From assembly GCA_045576435.1 (NCBI GenBank), contig JAZNGL010000032.1, forward strand, positions 1 through 60,542: 60,542 nucleotides of DNA. The letters run 5' to 3'. Source of the stretch: Clostridia bacterium (GTDB lineage: Bacteria > Bacillota > Clostridia > Monoglobales > Monoglobaceae). The notes beneath the pieces are model-generated. The model saw only the letters and a list, made by a program, of their open reading frames with translations. It made no database searches and was not told where the DNA came from. Numbering within the stretch: position 1 is the first letter of the stretch; each line of letters opens with the position of its first letter. A program made the position numbers and the translations under genes. Below are positions 38,301 through 49,485 of this stretch, in pieces.

Positions 38301-38931
38301 CGACAATGAAGGAAATGCTGTAACATATCTGATTCCGTATGGTTCAAGAATAAAGGTTGAAAATGACCAGATTGTTGAAGCAGGTGACGAATTAACAGAA
38401 GGTTCAGTAAATCCACACGATATTCTTGCGATAAAAGGTTATACAGCTGTTCAGAACTATCTGATTCAGGAAGTTCAACGTGTTTACAGACTTCAGGGTG
38501 TTGATATCAACGATAAACATATTGAAGTTATAGTACGTCAGATGATGCACAAGGTTAAGGTTGAGGATGCAGGAGATACTGACCTGCTCACAGGTTCACT
38601 TGTTGAAAGATATGAGTTGGAGCGTGTTAATGAAAGAATGAGAGCTGAAGGTAAGGCAGAAGCAGAATATTCTGAAGTTCTCATGGGAATCACTAAGGCG
38701 GCACTTGCAACAGATTCATTCCTTTCAGCTGCATCATTCCAGGAAACAACAAGAGTTTTGACAGAAGCTGCAATCAAGGGCAAAATTGATCCGCTTGTTG
38801 GACTTAAGGAAAATGTTATTATTGGTAAACTTGTTCCTGCAGGAACGGGCATGCCTAGATATGGAAACCTTGACGTTGTTCCAACAAACACATGTTCTGG
38901 CGATGTAATCTTTGACGAGAGCCAGTTCTAG
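35392..38931 (+). CDS. rpoC: DNA-directed RNA polymerase beta-prime subunit
   Basis: Zn-finger [23 protein letters not shown] and catalytic NADFDGDQM. Start set at [17 protein letters not shown] by comparison with canonical N-termini. GTG at 35368 and TTG at 35356 are alternatives. Confidence 0.95.
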   Translation: MSEYQNFEAIQIGLASPEKIREWSRGEVKKPETINYRTLKPEKDGLFCERIFGPQKDWECHCGKYKRVRYKGVVCDRCGVEVTRSKVRRERMGHIELAVPVSHIWYFKGIPSRMGLILDMSPRLLEKVLYFAAYVVIDPGKTGLMKNQILSEREYREECEKYGTEAFKAGMGAEAVLEMLKAIDLEELYKELKDELDGAKGQKKIRTVRRLEVVDSFRQSGNKPEWMIMPVIPVIPPEIRPMVQLDGGRFATSDLNDLYRRVINRNNRLKRLLDLGAPEIIVRNEKRMLQEAVDALIDNGRRGRPVTGPGNRPLKSLSDMLKGKQGRFRQNLLGKRVDYSGRSVIVVGPELKIYQCGLPKKMALELFKPFVMKKLVNDGLAHNIKSAKRMVERVRPEVWDVLESVISEHPVLLNRAPTLHRLGIQAFEPVLVEGKALKLHPLVCTAFNADFDGDQMAVHLPLSAEAQAEARFLMLSANNLLKPQDGNPVTVPTQDMVLGSYYLTIQIDDEIGAGKVFSSEDEATLAYANGAVGLHAPIKVRITRNINGEDVTGIIDATVGRLIFNEKIPQDLGFVDRSKPENALALEISFKVDKKKLGVIIDKSIKIHGITDTATLLDDVKAMGFKYSTRGAITVGVSDMEIPEEKKTYLAEADEEIEKVTKKYLRGLLTNEERYEKVIKIWSDTSDKVTSALMNNLDELNPIFMMANSGARGSVNQIRQLAAMRGLMADTSGRTIEIPIKANFREGLTVLEYFISTHGARKGLTDTALRTADSGYLTRRLVDVSQDVIIRENDCGTDDGIVVKDIKDGNEVIEKLKDRLVGRVVCEDVVDPKTGEVLCEKNHVISATIAELIEKAEIESVKIRSVLKCRAKIGVCAKCYGHNLANGEEVNIGEAVGIIAAQSIGEPGTQLTMRTFHAGGVAGDDITQGLPRVEELFEARRPKGLAIIAEIGGRVKISENKKKREITILDDNEGNAVTYLIPYGSRIKVENDQIVEAGDELTEGSVNPHDILAIKGYTAVQNYLIQEVQRVYRLQGVDINDKHIEVIVRQMMHKVKVEDAGDTDLLTGSLVERYELERVNERMRAEGKAEAEYSEVLMGITKAALATDSFLSAASFQETTRVLTEAAIKGKIDPLVGLKENVIIGKLVPAGTGMPRYGNLDVVPTNTCSGDVIFDESQF

Positions 38932-38948
38932 TTGACGATTTATATGAT

Positions 38949-38998
38949 GAGCGTATTCATTTGGCAAATTGCTGATGATGAATACGCTCGTTTTATTT
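38949..38998 (+). terminator. terminator hairpin after rpoC
   Basis: GAGCGTATTCAT (38949-38960) pairs with ATGAATACGCTC (38978-38989), followed by GTTTTATTT. Confidence 0.7.
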
Positions 38999-39034
38999 AA
39001 TAAGCTTTTAAAAAATGGAATAAGGTTAAATATA

Positions 39035-39063
39035 TTGACTTTTAAGTGCAATTTATATATAAT
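39035..39063 (+). promoter_or_regulatory. sigma-A-type promoter for the LCP / GT4-CsaB genes
   Basis: TTGACT (39035-39040), 17-nt spacer, TATAAT (39058-39063). Confidence 0.5.
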
Positions 39064-39104
39064 AAATGTAGTTATATTGTTTTTATTTTATATCGGAAAG
39101 GTAA

Positions 39105-40103
39105 ATGATGACAGTGAAGATATTTAAGAACAAAGGGAAAGCGATTTTATCTATTATTTGTGCTTTTTGTATTGTTTTTGCGACAGTTGTTGGCGTTTGG
39201 ACGGCAAAATTTGTAGCAAATTTATATTTAGGTAACGAGATTGCCCTTGAATCACTCGACAAACAGAGTGATGATGTTGGGGTTGTTAATGTTTTGCTTC
39301 TTGGTGTTGACGAGGGTGGCATGAGAAGTGACACAATAATGCTTGTGAGCCTTAATGGCAGAACGGGAAAACTGAATATATTATCAATTCCTCGTGATAC
39401 AAGAGTTTTGGTTGGAAACCACTATCAAAAGATTAATGCGGCAATAGGAATTGGAGCTCAAGAGGTTAAAAAAGGTAAACTTAAAGAGCCTGAAGAGTTG
39501 AGCGTTCAAAAGGTTAAGCTTTTAACAGGAATGCCAATACACTATTTTGCAAGCGTGGATTTTGATGGATTTAAAGAGGTTATTGATACACTTGGCGGCG
39601 TTGATTTTGAAATTCCGTTTCATATGAAATATGATGACCCTGTGCAGAATTTACATATTGATTTGAAACCGGGAATGCAGCACTTAGATGGTGAAGCAGC
39701 ACATGATTTTGTGCGTTTCAGGCAAGGAAATCCGGGGTATAAAGGTTATGCAACAGGGGATTTGGGAAGAATAGAGGCACAACAGGCGTTTGTTAAAGCC
39801 TTGGTTTCCCAAAAAATAAAACCTAAATACCTCCTTAAAGCGGATGATCTGTTCAATGTTATAAGAAAACACATCAGAACAAATTATACAACGAAAGACC
39901 TCATAAAACATCTTGCATCTATCAAAGAAATATCTGCAGATAGTGTTAAGATGTATCAATTACCGGGAAGCCCACAAACAGTAAGTGGAATTTCATATTA
40001 TATTTGTAATGATTCAAAAATGTTGGAATTGGTTGAAACAGTATTCAGCCCAAATGCAAAGGATGTTGAGGAAACAGAAGAAATTGCAGAAAAAAACAAA
40101 TAA
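39105..40103 (+). CDS. LCP-family (LytR-CpsA-Psr) cell-wall polymer ligase
   Basis: N-terminal TM anchor. VNVLLLGVDEGGMRSDTIMLVSL...LSIPRDT core motif of LCP proteins. Confidence 0.85.
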   Translation: MMTVKIFKNKGKAILSIICAFCIVFATVVGVWTAKFVANLYLGNEIALESLDKQSDDVGVVNVLLLGVDEGGMRSDTIMLVSLNGRTGKLNILSIPRDTRVLVGNHYQKINAAIGIGAQEVKKGKLKEPEELSVQKVKLLTGMPIHYFASVDFDGFKEVIDTLGGVDFEIPFHMKYDDPVQNLHIDLKPGMQHLDGEAAHDFVRFRQGNPGYKGYATGDLGRIEAQQAFVKALVSQKIKPKYLLKADDLFNVIRKHIRTNYTTKDLIKHLASIKEISADSVKMYQLPGSPQTVSGISYYICNDSKMLELVETVFSPNAKDVEETEEIAEKNK

Positions 40104-40116
40104 GTGAGGGACAGGC

Positions 40117-42399
40117 ATGAAAGTTTTAATGGCGACAATGCAATTAGATATAGGCGGTGCAGAAACACATATAGTTGAACTCTCAAAAGAATTGAAACGC
40201 CGCGGAATAGATGTTATGGTCGCATCAAATGGCGGAGCATATGTTCAAGAAATAGAAGAGGCGGGCATAAAACATTTTAAGGTTGCGCTTAATAGCAAAT
40301 CTCCAATTTCTTTGTGGCAGTCCTATCATAGCTTAAAAAAGATTATAATCGAAAATAAAATTGATGTTGTCCATGCTCATGCGAGAATACCCGGCTTTTT
40401 ATGTGGTCTTTTGCATGCCAGATATAAATTTCGGTTTGTTACAACTGCACATTGGGTTTTCAATACTAAGTTTCCGTTTAATCTTTTAACTAATTGGGGA
40501 GACAGAAGTCTTGCGGTGAGTGACGATATAAAAAAATACCTTATTGATAATTATAATTGCGATGAAGAAAAAATTCGTGTTACAATAAATGGAATTGACA
40601 CTCAAAAATTTTCGGATTCGGTTGATTTTTCTGATATTGCAAAAGAATTTAATTTTGGAACAGACAAAACAAGAATAATATATGTAAGCCGAATGGATGT
40701 TGACCGTAGTTTGGTTGCGCACAAGTTGATTGAAGCAACACCTGAAATTTTTAAACAAGTCCCTGACTTAGAGGTTGTTATTGTCGGTGGCGGCAATGAT
40801 TATGAGCAAATTCAAAAAGAAGCAGAAAATGTTAACACAATGCTTGGCTCCCGCGTTGTTATAACCACAGGTGCAAGGGTAGATATAAACAAGTTTGTTG
40901 CATCGGGAGATGTTTTTGTTGGTGTGAGTCGTGCGGCACTTGAGGCAATGGCTTGCAAAAAACCATCAATAATTGCAGGAAATGAAGGATATATTGGCAT
41001 TTTTGATAAAGACAAGCTTCAGGTTTCGATAGATACTAATTTCTGTTGCAGAGGTTGCGAAGACAGCACTACTGATAGATTAAAAAAAGATTTGTTATAT
41101 CTTCTTGCTGATGGAATGGAAGAGAAACGTCGTGAATTAGGGGAATATTCTTTAGAAACGGTGGAGAAGTATTATTCTGTTAAAACGATGGCAGATGATA
41201 ATATCAAGATGTATATTTCAATTATAAAGAATAGCAAAATCAACGATGTTGACATTTGCGAGCTTGAAGATATTGAAAAATTTTTGGTTCACGGAAATAG
41301 CAAGCGAGATATAGATGTTGTTCTTTCCGGATATTATGGGTTTAATAATAGTGGTGATGATTCTATTTTAGAAGCAATTATAACTGATTTAAGAAATAAC
41401 GCCCCTAATATTTCCATAGTGGTTCTCTCTAAAAAGCCGAGCGAAACAGAAAAGATTTATGGCGTAAAGGCTGTTAACCGATTTAATCTAATCAAAATTG
41501 CAGGGGTTTTGCGAAAAACAAAGTTGCTAATAAGCGGTGGTGGAAGTCTTATTCAGGATGTGACCAGTTCTAAGTCGTTATATTATTATCTTGCTATAAT
41601 CAGGCTAGCCAAAGTTTGTGGAGCAAAAATAATGCTTTATGCTAATGGAATTGGGCCAATAACAAAAGAAAAAAATATAAAGATTATTAATAAGACGCTT
41701 GAAAAAGTGAGTGCGGTTACGCTTAGAGAAAAAGCGTCATCAGATGAACTTAAGCGCTTGAACGTAAAGCTTGAGGCAGAGGTTACAGCGGACCCGGTAT
41801 TTGCAATGCCAGAAGAAAATGTGGAAAACATACAAAAAGCTTTGGCAGAGGAAGGTTCAAAAAGTGACCAAGCATTTTTTGTGGTTGCCATCAGGTCATA
41901 TAAAAAAGCTGAGAAGAATTTGGAAGAGAAGATTATAAAATTTGTTGAGTATATTTACAAAACTTATAAAATAACTCCTATAATTATGCCAATGCAGTTT
42001 ACTTATGATATGGAAATATCGAAAAGAATTGCAAACAAGCTGAGCGTTCCATATGTTCTTATTTCTAAAAAATATTCGGCAGGAATAATAATGGGAATTG
42101 TAAAAGAAGCAAAATTTGTTTTTGGAATGAGATTGCATGCGTTAATTTATGCCATAAAAGCGGCAGTTCCTGTTATAGCATTAGACTATGACCCAAAGGT
42201 GAATGCAATAATGAAAGAGGCAGGGCAGGAGTTCTTGCTTGATGCCAAAGACTTTGATGTTAAAAATGCTTGTCGTTTTGCTGATAAAATATTATCACAA
42301 AGAGATAATATTTGCAGAGAGCTTATTGAAGTTGCTGCTGAATATAAGAGGCTTGCAAATAAAAATACAGAAATTGCGATAAAGTGCATAAAGGAATAA
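40117..42399 (+). CDS. fusion protein: GT4 glycosyltransferase (aa 1 to ~385) plus CsaB-type polysaccharide pyruvyl transferase (aa ~398-760)
   Basis: N-terminal half: QLDIGGAETHIVELSKEL and RAALEAMACKKP (GT4/E-x7-E region). C-terminal half: VVLSGYYGFNNSGDDSILEAII...LLISGGGSLIQDVTSSKSLYYYL...ANGIGPI, typical of CsaB. One continuous ORF. Confidence 0.8.
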   Translation: MKVLMATMQLDIGGAETHIVELSKELKRRGIDVMVASNGGAYVQEIEEAGIKHFKVALNSKSPISLWQSYHSLKKIIIENKIDVVHAHARIPGFLCGLLHARYKFRFVTTAHWVFNTKFPFNLLTNWGDRSLAVSDDIKKYLIDNYNCDEEKIRVTINGIDTQKFSDSVDFSDIAKEFNFGTDKTRIIYVSRMDVDRSLVAHKLIEATPEIFKQVPDLEVVIVGGGNDYEQIQKEAENVNTMLGSRVVITTGARVDINKFVASGDVFVGVSRAALEAMACKKPSIIAGNEGYIGIFDKDKLQVSIDTNFCCRGCEDSTTDRLKKDLLYLLADGMEEKRRELGEYSLETVEKYYSVKTMADDNIKMYISIIKNSKINDVDICELEDIEKFLVHGNSKRDIDVVLSGYYGFNNSGDDSILEAIITDLRNNAPNISIVVLSKKPSETEKIYGVKAVNRFNLIKIAGVLRKTKLLISGGGSLIQDVTSSKSLYYYLAIIRLAKVCGAKIMLYANGIGPITKEKNIKIINKTLEKVSAVTLREKASSDELKRLNVKLEAEVTADPVFAMPEENVENIQKALAEEGSKSDQAFFVVAIRSYKKAEKNLEEKIIKFVEYIYKTYKITPIIMPMQFTYDMEISKRIANKLSVPYVLISKKYSAGIIMGIVKEAKFVFGMRLHALIYAIKAAVPVIALDYDPKVNAIMKEAGQEFLLDAKDFDVKNACRFADKILSQRDNICRELIEVAAEYKRLANKNTEIAIKCIKE

Positions 42400-42436
42400 A
42401 AAAAGAAACCACCTTTTGGGGTGGTTTCCTTTTTTA
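42399..42436. terminator. bidirectional rho-independent terminator
   Basis: AAAAAA-GAAACCACC-ttttgg-GGTGGTTTC-CTTTTTT, between convergent genes. Confidence 0.8.
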
Positions 42437-42447
42437 TTAGAAAAAAT

Positions 42448-43416
42448 TTATTTTTCGCAAACAACAGCGGCCCATTCGCCTGTTTCACGAACTTTTTTAA
42501 TTTTCAATCCGGCTGCTTTTAATTTTTCAACAACCTCTTCCTTCCTGTCAATTATAATTCCTGAACAAATAAAAATTCCATCATCTTTGATGAATTCTTT
42601 AACAAATGGGGATAGTGATATTATAACATCTGCCACAATATTTGCGAGAACAACATCATATTTTTTTGTTTTCAGAGTTCTCAAAAGGCGTTCATCGGAT
42701 GTAACATCTCCTGCAAACCCGTGATAAACTTCTTTTGGCAGCTTGTTTAACTTTAAATTTGAATATGCTGTTTCTACTGCCATCGGGTCAATATCTACGG
42801 CTGTTGCATCTTTTGCACCCAAAAGCAGGGCAATTATGGATAAAATCCCCGAGCCACAACCGAGGTCAAGAACCAAGTCTCCGTTTTCAAGGCCTGCCTC
42901 GATTTCTTCAATGCACATGCGAGTGCTTTCGTGCGAACCTGTTCCAAAACTCATGCCCGGATTGATAATAAATTCGATTCGGTTTGTTTTTGGAATATTG
43001 TTTTCCCACTCAGGAACAATAAGGATTTTTTCACCAACTTCAAGAGGTTTAAAATACTTTTTCCAATTTTCAGACCAATCTTCGTCTTTCGTGTTTGTGA
43101 GTGTCACATTCAAACTTCCAAAAAGGTTTTGTTCATCTGAAAGCTGAAGGCTCTGGAGCTTGCTTTTGATATCAGCAATCTGGTCAAAGCCAGTATTATC
43201 TGCAGAAACATAGATAGTTATGCAAGAGTCAGAGGTTTTAAGCTTTTCCAACTCTTCATCAACATAATCCCAATATTTTCTATTGTTTTCTAAAAACTCT
43301 TTAAAATCATCTTTGTCGCTGATTTCAACACCTGTTATTCCAATATCATATAGAAGAGCACAAATAGGCTCTATTCCATCACGGGTTGTTGAAATTTTAA
43401 CTTGTACCCAATCCAT
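42448..43416 (-). CDS. prmA: ribosomal protein L11 methyltransferase
   Basis: PGMSFGTGSHESTRMC and VLDLGCGSGILSI motifs. ATG at 43416 lies 8 nt after GGAGA; the track start is TTG. Confidence 0.9.
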   Translation of the reverse strand: MDWVQVKISTTRDGIEPICALLYDIGITGVEISDKDDFKEFLENNRKYWDYVDEELEKLKTSDSCITIYVSADNTGFDQIADIKSKLQSLQLSDEQNLFGSLNVTLTNTKDEDWSENWKKYFKPLEVGEKILIVPEWENNIPKTNRIEFIINPGMSFGTGSHESTRMCIEEIEAGLENGDLVLDLGCGSGILSIIALLLGAKDATAVDIDPMAVETAYSNLKLNKLPKEVYHGFAGDVTSDERLLRTLKTKKYDVVLANIVADVIISLSPFVKEFIKDDGIFICSGIIIDRKEEVVEKLKAAGLKIKKVRETGEWAAVVCEK

Positions 43417-43435
43417 AATAAATTTCTCCAAACGA

Positions 43436-44590
43436 TTATTTCAAAAAATCTTTCATCTTATCAAAAAAAGTTTTTCTTTCATGGTATTTTGCCGGTTCAA
43501 CAGTCTCACCAAATTGACGTAAAATATCCTTTTGTTTTTCAGAAAGATTTTTAGGAATTTCAACTGTTATCTTCACATATTGGTCACCGCGTGTTCCACC
43601 GCCGTGAAGCTTTGGAATGCCTTTTCCTTTCAGACGGAAAACAGTTCCTGTTTGGGTGCCTTCAGGAATATTGTAAGAAACCTTTCCATCAACTGTTGGA
43701 ACTTGAATTTCAGCACCGAGCGCTGCTTCAACAAAAGTTATTGGGAAGTCGCATAAAACATCAAAGCCTTGGCGAACAAACAACTTGTGCTTCTTAACGC
43801 GAGTAACAACCAAAAGGTCACCGTTTGGTCCTCCATTTTTTCCCACATCTGCCTGCCCACTAACAGAAATAATCTGTTCATTATCAATTCCCGCAGGAAT
43901 TTTAACTTTAACCTTTCGTGATTTTCTAACAGTTCCAGTGCCACGGCAATCTTTACATGGATTTTTGATTACTTTACCACTGCCGCTACAGTTATCGCAA
44001 GGACGAACATTTTGAAAACTTCCAAAAGGTGTGCGTTGAACACTTTTGATTTGACCTGTTCCTCCGCAAACGCCGCAGGTTGATGGGGCGGAGCCTTTTT
44101 CTGCACCACTACCACTACAGGTATCGCATTTTTCCATTCTGTTTACATTAAGCTCGATTTCACAACCAAAACAAGCTTGTTCAAAACTTAAATCAATGTT
44201 ATATCTAAGGTCACGACCTTTTTGAGGTGCATTAGGGTTTCTTCTGCTTTGAGCACCACCGCCAAAACCGCCACCGAAAAAGGTGTCAAAAATATCTTCA
44301 AAACCGCCGAAACCACCACCGAAGCCACCGCCAAAGCCGCCGGCTCCTGCCTGAGGATCAACGCCTGCATGACCAAATTGATCATAACGCTGTTTCTTTT
44401 CAGCATCACTGAGAATTTCATATGCTTCGGATGCTTCTTTAAATTTTTCCTCCGCTTCTTTTGCCTTGTCTCCGGGGTTAAGGTCGGGATGGTATTTTTT
44501 AGCAAGTTTGCGGTAGGCTTTTTTTATCTCATCATCTGAGGCACTTTTTGGTACACCAAGGACCTCATAATAATCTCTCTTTTCTGCCAA
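43436..44590 (-). CDS. dnaJ: molecular chaperone DnaJ
   Basis: J-domain (DYYEVLGV...[14 protein letters not shown]), G/F region and four CxxCxGxG zinc motifs. Start probably TTG at 44590 (GGTGA SD), giving MAEKRDYY; the track ORF begins at 44602. Confidence 0.95.
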   Translation of the reverse strand: MAEKRDYYEVLGVPKSASDDEIKKAYRKLAKKYHPDLNPGDKAKEAEEKFKEASEAYEILSDAEKKQRYDQFGHAGVDPQAGAGGFGGGFGGGFGGFEDIFDTFFGGGFGGGAQSRRNPNAPQKGRDLRYNIDLSFEQACFGCEIELNVNRMEKCDTCSGSGAEKGSAPSTCGVCGGTGQIKSVQRTPFGSFQNVRPCDNCSGSGKVIKNPCKDCRGTGTVRKSRKVKVKIPAGIDNEQIISVSGQADVGKNGGPNGDLLVVTRVKKHKLFVRQGFDVLCDFPITFVEAALGAEIQVPTVDGKVSYNIPEGTQTGTVFRLKGKGIPKLHGGGTRGDQYVKITVEIPKNLSEKQKDILRQFGETVEPAKYHERKTFFDKMKDFLK

Positions 44591-44626
44591 ATTTATCACC
44601 AACTATTTCTCTATATTTAGACATGA

Positions 44627-44657
44627 AATTCTTCGGCTTTTTAAAAGCCGAAGAATT
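44627..44657 (-). terminator. perfect hairpin between dnaK and dnaJ (intra-operon attenuator or processing/stability element)
   Basis: AATTCTTCGGCTTTT t AAAAGCCGAAGAATT, a near-perfect 31-nt palindrome. Confidence 0.45.
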
Positions 44658-44675
44658 AAGAAAATACAATTAAAA

Positions 44676-46520
<1,845 letters not shown>

Positions 46521-46566
46521 TTATCACCTTTCCTTAATAAAAATCTTTTTAAAATTATTATAATTG

Positions 46567-47118
46567 CTAATTTGCAACTTTAACCATTGAATGTCTTATA
46601 ACTCTGTTTTCTTTATATATATATCCCTTCATAAGCTCCTCAGAAATAGTGTTCTCCGAAAAGGCTTCGTTTTCCTCGTGCATAACAGCGTTATGCTTTT
46701 CAGGATCAAACTCAACTCCGACTGAAGCAATAGGTGCAACTCCAATAGAAGAAAAAACTTCATCCAGTTGATTCAGTATCATTTTAACGCCATCTGCCAA
46801 GCCTTTTTCGCCTTCAGTTTCTTCTGCGGCAATTACGGCACGTTCGAGATTGTCTTTGACAGGAAGAATCTTTTCAATAGTGTCACAAACGGCTATGGAA
46901 TAAAGCTCTTCGCGCTCTTTTGCAGTACGTTTTTTATAGTTATCAAACTCTGCAGCATGACGCATCAGTTTATCTTTTAGCTGTTCAATTTCAATTTTAA
47001 GTGCGTCTTCAGGTGTTTCAACTTCGGTTTGATTATTTAAATCTTCTGTTTTTTCGCAGGTGTTTTCTTCGACCTCAATGTTTTCGGTAGAAGTCTTTTT
47101 CTCGTTTGTATCTGCCAT
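46567..47118 (-). CDS. grpE: nucleotide exchange factor GrpE
   Basis: Acidic N-terminus, RHAAEFDNYKKR motif and C-terminal beta domain. Located between hrcA and dnaK. Confidence 0.9.
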   Translation of the reverse strand: MADTNEKKTSTENIEVEENTCEKTEDLNNQTEVETPEDALKIEIEQLKDKLMRHAAEFDNYKKRTAKEREELYSIAVCDTIEKILPVKDNLERAVIAAEETEGEKGLADGVKMILNQLDEVFSSIGVAPIASVGVEFDPEKHNAVMHEENEAFSENTISEELMKGYIYKENRVIRHSMVKVAN

Positions 47119-47120
47119 AT

Positions 47121-48188
47121 TTAATCATCTCCTTCTAATATAAGCTTTTGCGGTGTTCCAAAATCTTTTGTTAAAATACTGCTTAATTGCTGCGTGAAAA
47201 ATTCCAGAGCAGATATTATTTTCGAATAATCCATTCTTGCGGGACCAAGAACACCTAAAACGCCAATCAAGTTTTCCGACGCCTTATAAGGTGAAAGAAT
47301 TACACTGTTGCTTTTTAGTTCATCAATTGGAATTTCTTCTCCAATCAAAAGCTTTGTTCCGTTTGTTGGAGCCGCTTCTGTGATTATTCGGTTAAGATTT
47401 TCTTTATTTTCAACAACTTCAAAGAGTTGCTTAACTTTTTCAACATTGCTATATTCGGGGAATCTGAAAATGTTTGAAAGTCCGTCAATAAAAATTTGTT
47501 TTGTGTCAATTTCAGAAACCGCTTCGTGCACCAGTTCCATAACAGAGGTGAGAATTTCAAAATTATGACCGATTGCGGTCCTAACTTCCATTATATTTGA
47601 AAGATTGATTTCAGAAAGAGTTAAACCTGCAAGATTTTCGTTGAGTATTAGACTGATTTGTTCTGCAAACTCGTCGGATATATCCTGATTAAGTCTTAAC
47701 AACTTGTTTTTGATTAATCCTGATTTATCAGAAATTATCAACATAACAGAGAACGAATCAACCTTAACCAATTTTATATTTTTAACTACGCTTGCTTCTG
47801 TTCCGGGAAGAACGCCGATAACCGGCAAGCCTGTAATACCGGAAAAGGCAGCAGCAACATCGTGAATTATTTTTTCTAATTCTTGTTTTTTCTTAGATGC
47901 TGCCTGCTTGATTTCTTCAATTTCCAAGGCGGTCATCTCATATTTTTCCATTAATGAGTCAACATAGAGTCGATAACCACCGGTTGAAGGCACCCTGCCT
48001 GCGGATGTGTGCGGTTGAATGAGCAATCCCATATCTTCAAGGTCACCCATTTCGTTGCGAATGGTTGCTGCACTCAAATTAAGCTCAGGCTTTTTTGATA
48101 TGCTTCTTGAACCAACCGGCTCAGCAGTGTTAATATAATCTTCAACGATTGCCTGAAGAATCATTCGTTTTCTATCATCCAATGCCAT
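47121..48188 (-). CDS. hrcA: heat-inducible transcription repressor HrcA
   Basis: N-terminal wHTH LDDRKRMILQAIVEDYINTAEPVGSR. First gene of the operon, behind the CIRCE operator. Confidence 0.92.
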   Translation of the reverse strand: MALDDRKRMILQAIVEDYINTAEPVGSRSISKKPELNLSAATIRNEMGDLEDMGLLIQPHTSAGRVPSTGGYRLYVDSLMEKYEMTALEIEEIKQAASKKKQELEKIIHDVAAAFSGITGLPVIGVLPGTEASVVKNIKLVKVDSFSVMLIISDKSGLIKNKLLRLNQDISDEFAEQISLILNENLAGLTLSEINLSNIMEVRTAIGHNFEILTSVMELVHEAVSEIDTKQIFIDGLSNIFRFPEYSNVEKVKQLFEVVENKENLNRIITEAAPTNGTKLLIGEEIPIDELKSNSVILSPYKASENLIGVLGVLGPARMDYSKIISALEFFTQQLSSILTKDFGTPQKLILEGDD

Positions 48189-48232
48189 ATGTGCAACCCC
48201 CTATCGTTTTTACTAGCTTCAAAATCGTTTTG

Positions 48233-48259
48233 TTAGCACTCGTTTTCTTAGAGTGCTAA
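48233..48259 (-). promoter_or_regulatory. CIRCE operator (HrcA binding site)
   Basis: TTAGCACTC-N9-GAGTGCTAA, a perfect match to the CIRCE consensus, between the promoter and the hrcA start. Confidence 0.92.
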
Positions 48260-48270
48260 TCGTTGTTTCT

Positions 48271-48299
48271 AATATACCACGACTTGTTTAGTTTGTCAA
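48271..48299 (-). promoter_or_regulatory. sigma-A promoter of the hrcA-grpE-dnaK-dnaJ operon
   Basis: On the minus strand: TTGACA (48299-48294), 17-nt spacer, TATATT (48276-48271), immediately upstream of CIRCE. Confidence 0.6.
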
Positions 48300-48345
48300 T
48301 AGTTTATACGGAAAAAATTGTGATATTCTTAAAAAACATTGAAAA

Positions 48346-49470
48346 TTAAACAAAATCAGATAAAATTGTGTTACTGACAAAAAAACTCTTATCGGTGAAA
48401 AAGATTTTACCATTTTCATATTTTAAAAAGCCCATAGAAATATATTTTTTGAGTGGCTTTTCAAAAACATCAAAAATATCTTTTTTAAAACGAGAGTTAA
48501 AATCTTCAACAGAAATTCCGTCTGCACATCTCAAACCAAGGAAAACAAATTCCGATAATAAATCATTTTCGGTTTGGTTGTGGTTGAAAGTAACAACGGT
48601 TTGTTTGTTGTTTATTTTTTCGATATAAGTTGCAACACACGTCTCGTTTGAAAAACGTTTGTTTTCAACACAAGAAAATGCGCCTGCTCCAAAACCACGA
48701 AAATCTTCGCAACGCCAATATTTTAAATTGTGTCTTGATTGATAGTTTGATTTTGCAAAATTTGAGATTTCATATCGGTTATAACCAGATGCTTTAAGCT
48801 TTTCAACACATGAATTATACATGTCGGCAATTTCGTCGTCATCGGGCAGAACAAGTTTTTTAGAAGCAAAAGGAGTGCCTTCTTCGATTTTTAGTGCATA
48901 GCAAGAAATATGCTGAACGTCATAGGATAAAGCGGTTGTCAGGGTTTCGTTCCAAGCGGATAGGGTTTGATTTGGAAGCCCATACATCAAATCAAGTGAA
49001 ATATTATCAAAACCGACAAGTCGGGCGCTTTTGAGGCATTCTTCAAAATCTTGGACAGTGTGTATTCTACCGAGGATTTTAAGAAGAGCGTTATTTGTTG
49101 ATTGGAGACCTATGCTCAGGCGGTTGAAACCACATTCTTTGAGAAGCCTTAGTCCTGCAAGGTCAATTGTTCCCGGATTACATTCAATAGTGATTTCTGC
49201 ATTGTCGCTAATGTTAAATTCAGAAAAAATATGTTTAAGGGTTTTTTCGATTAAGGTTAAGTCAACACAGGTTGGCGTTCCTCCACCAAAATAGATAGTA
49301 TCTATAACAGATTCATTTAATGAGGCCATAGAAATTTCTTCATTTAATGCAAAAAAATACGGAGATATGCTATCATCCATTCCTGCAAAGGAGTTAAAAT
49401 CGCAATATCCGCATTTGCTTTTGCAGAATGGTATATGAACATAAATTCCCGTATTTTTCATTTTTATCAC
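48346..49470 (-). CDS. hemW: radical SAM heme chaperone HemW (HemN-like, oxygen-independent coproporphyrinogen oxidase family)
   Basis: IYVHIPFCKSKCGYCDF cluster motif, in the conserved lepA-hemW-hrcA position. Start is either GTG 49470 or ATG 49461. Confidence 0.85.
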   Translation of the reverse strand: MIKMKNTGIYVHIPFCKSKCGYCDFNSFAGMDDSISPYFFALNEEISMASLNESVIDTIYFGGGTPTCVDLTLIEKTLKHIFSEFNISDNAEITIECNPGTIDLAGLRLLKECGFNRLSIGLQSTNNALLKILGRIHTVQDFEECLKSARLVGFDNISLDLMYGLPNQTLSAWNETLTTALSYDVQHISCYALKIEEGTPFASKKLVLPDDDEIADMYNSCVEKLKASGYNRYEISNFAKSNYQSRHNLKYWRCEDFRGFGAGAFSCVENKRFSNETCVATYIEKINNKQTVVTFNHNQTENDLLSEFVFLGLRCADGISVEDFNSRFKKDIFDVFEKPLKKYISMGFLKYENGKIFFTDKSFFVSNTILSDFV

Positions 49471-49485
49471 CGTATTAATTTAATG

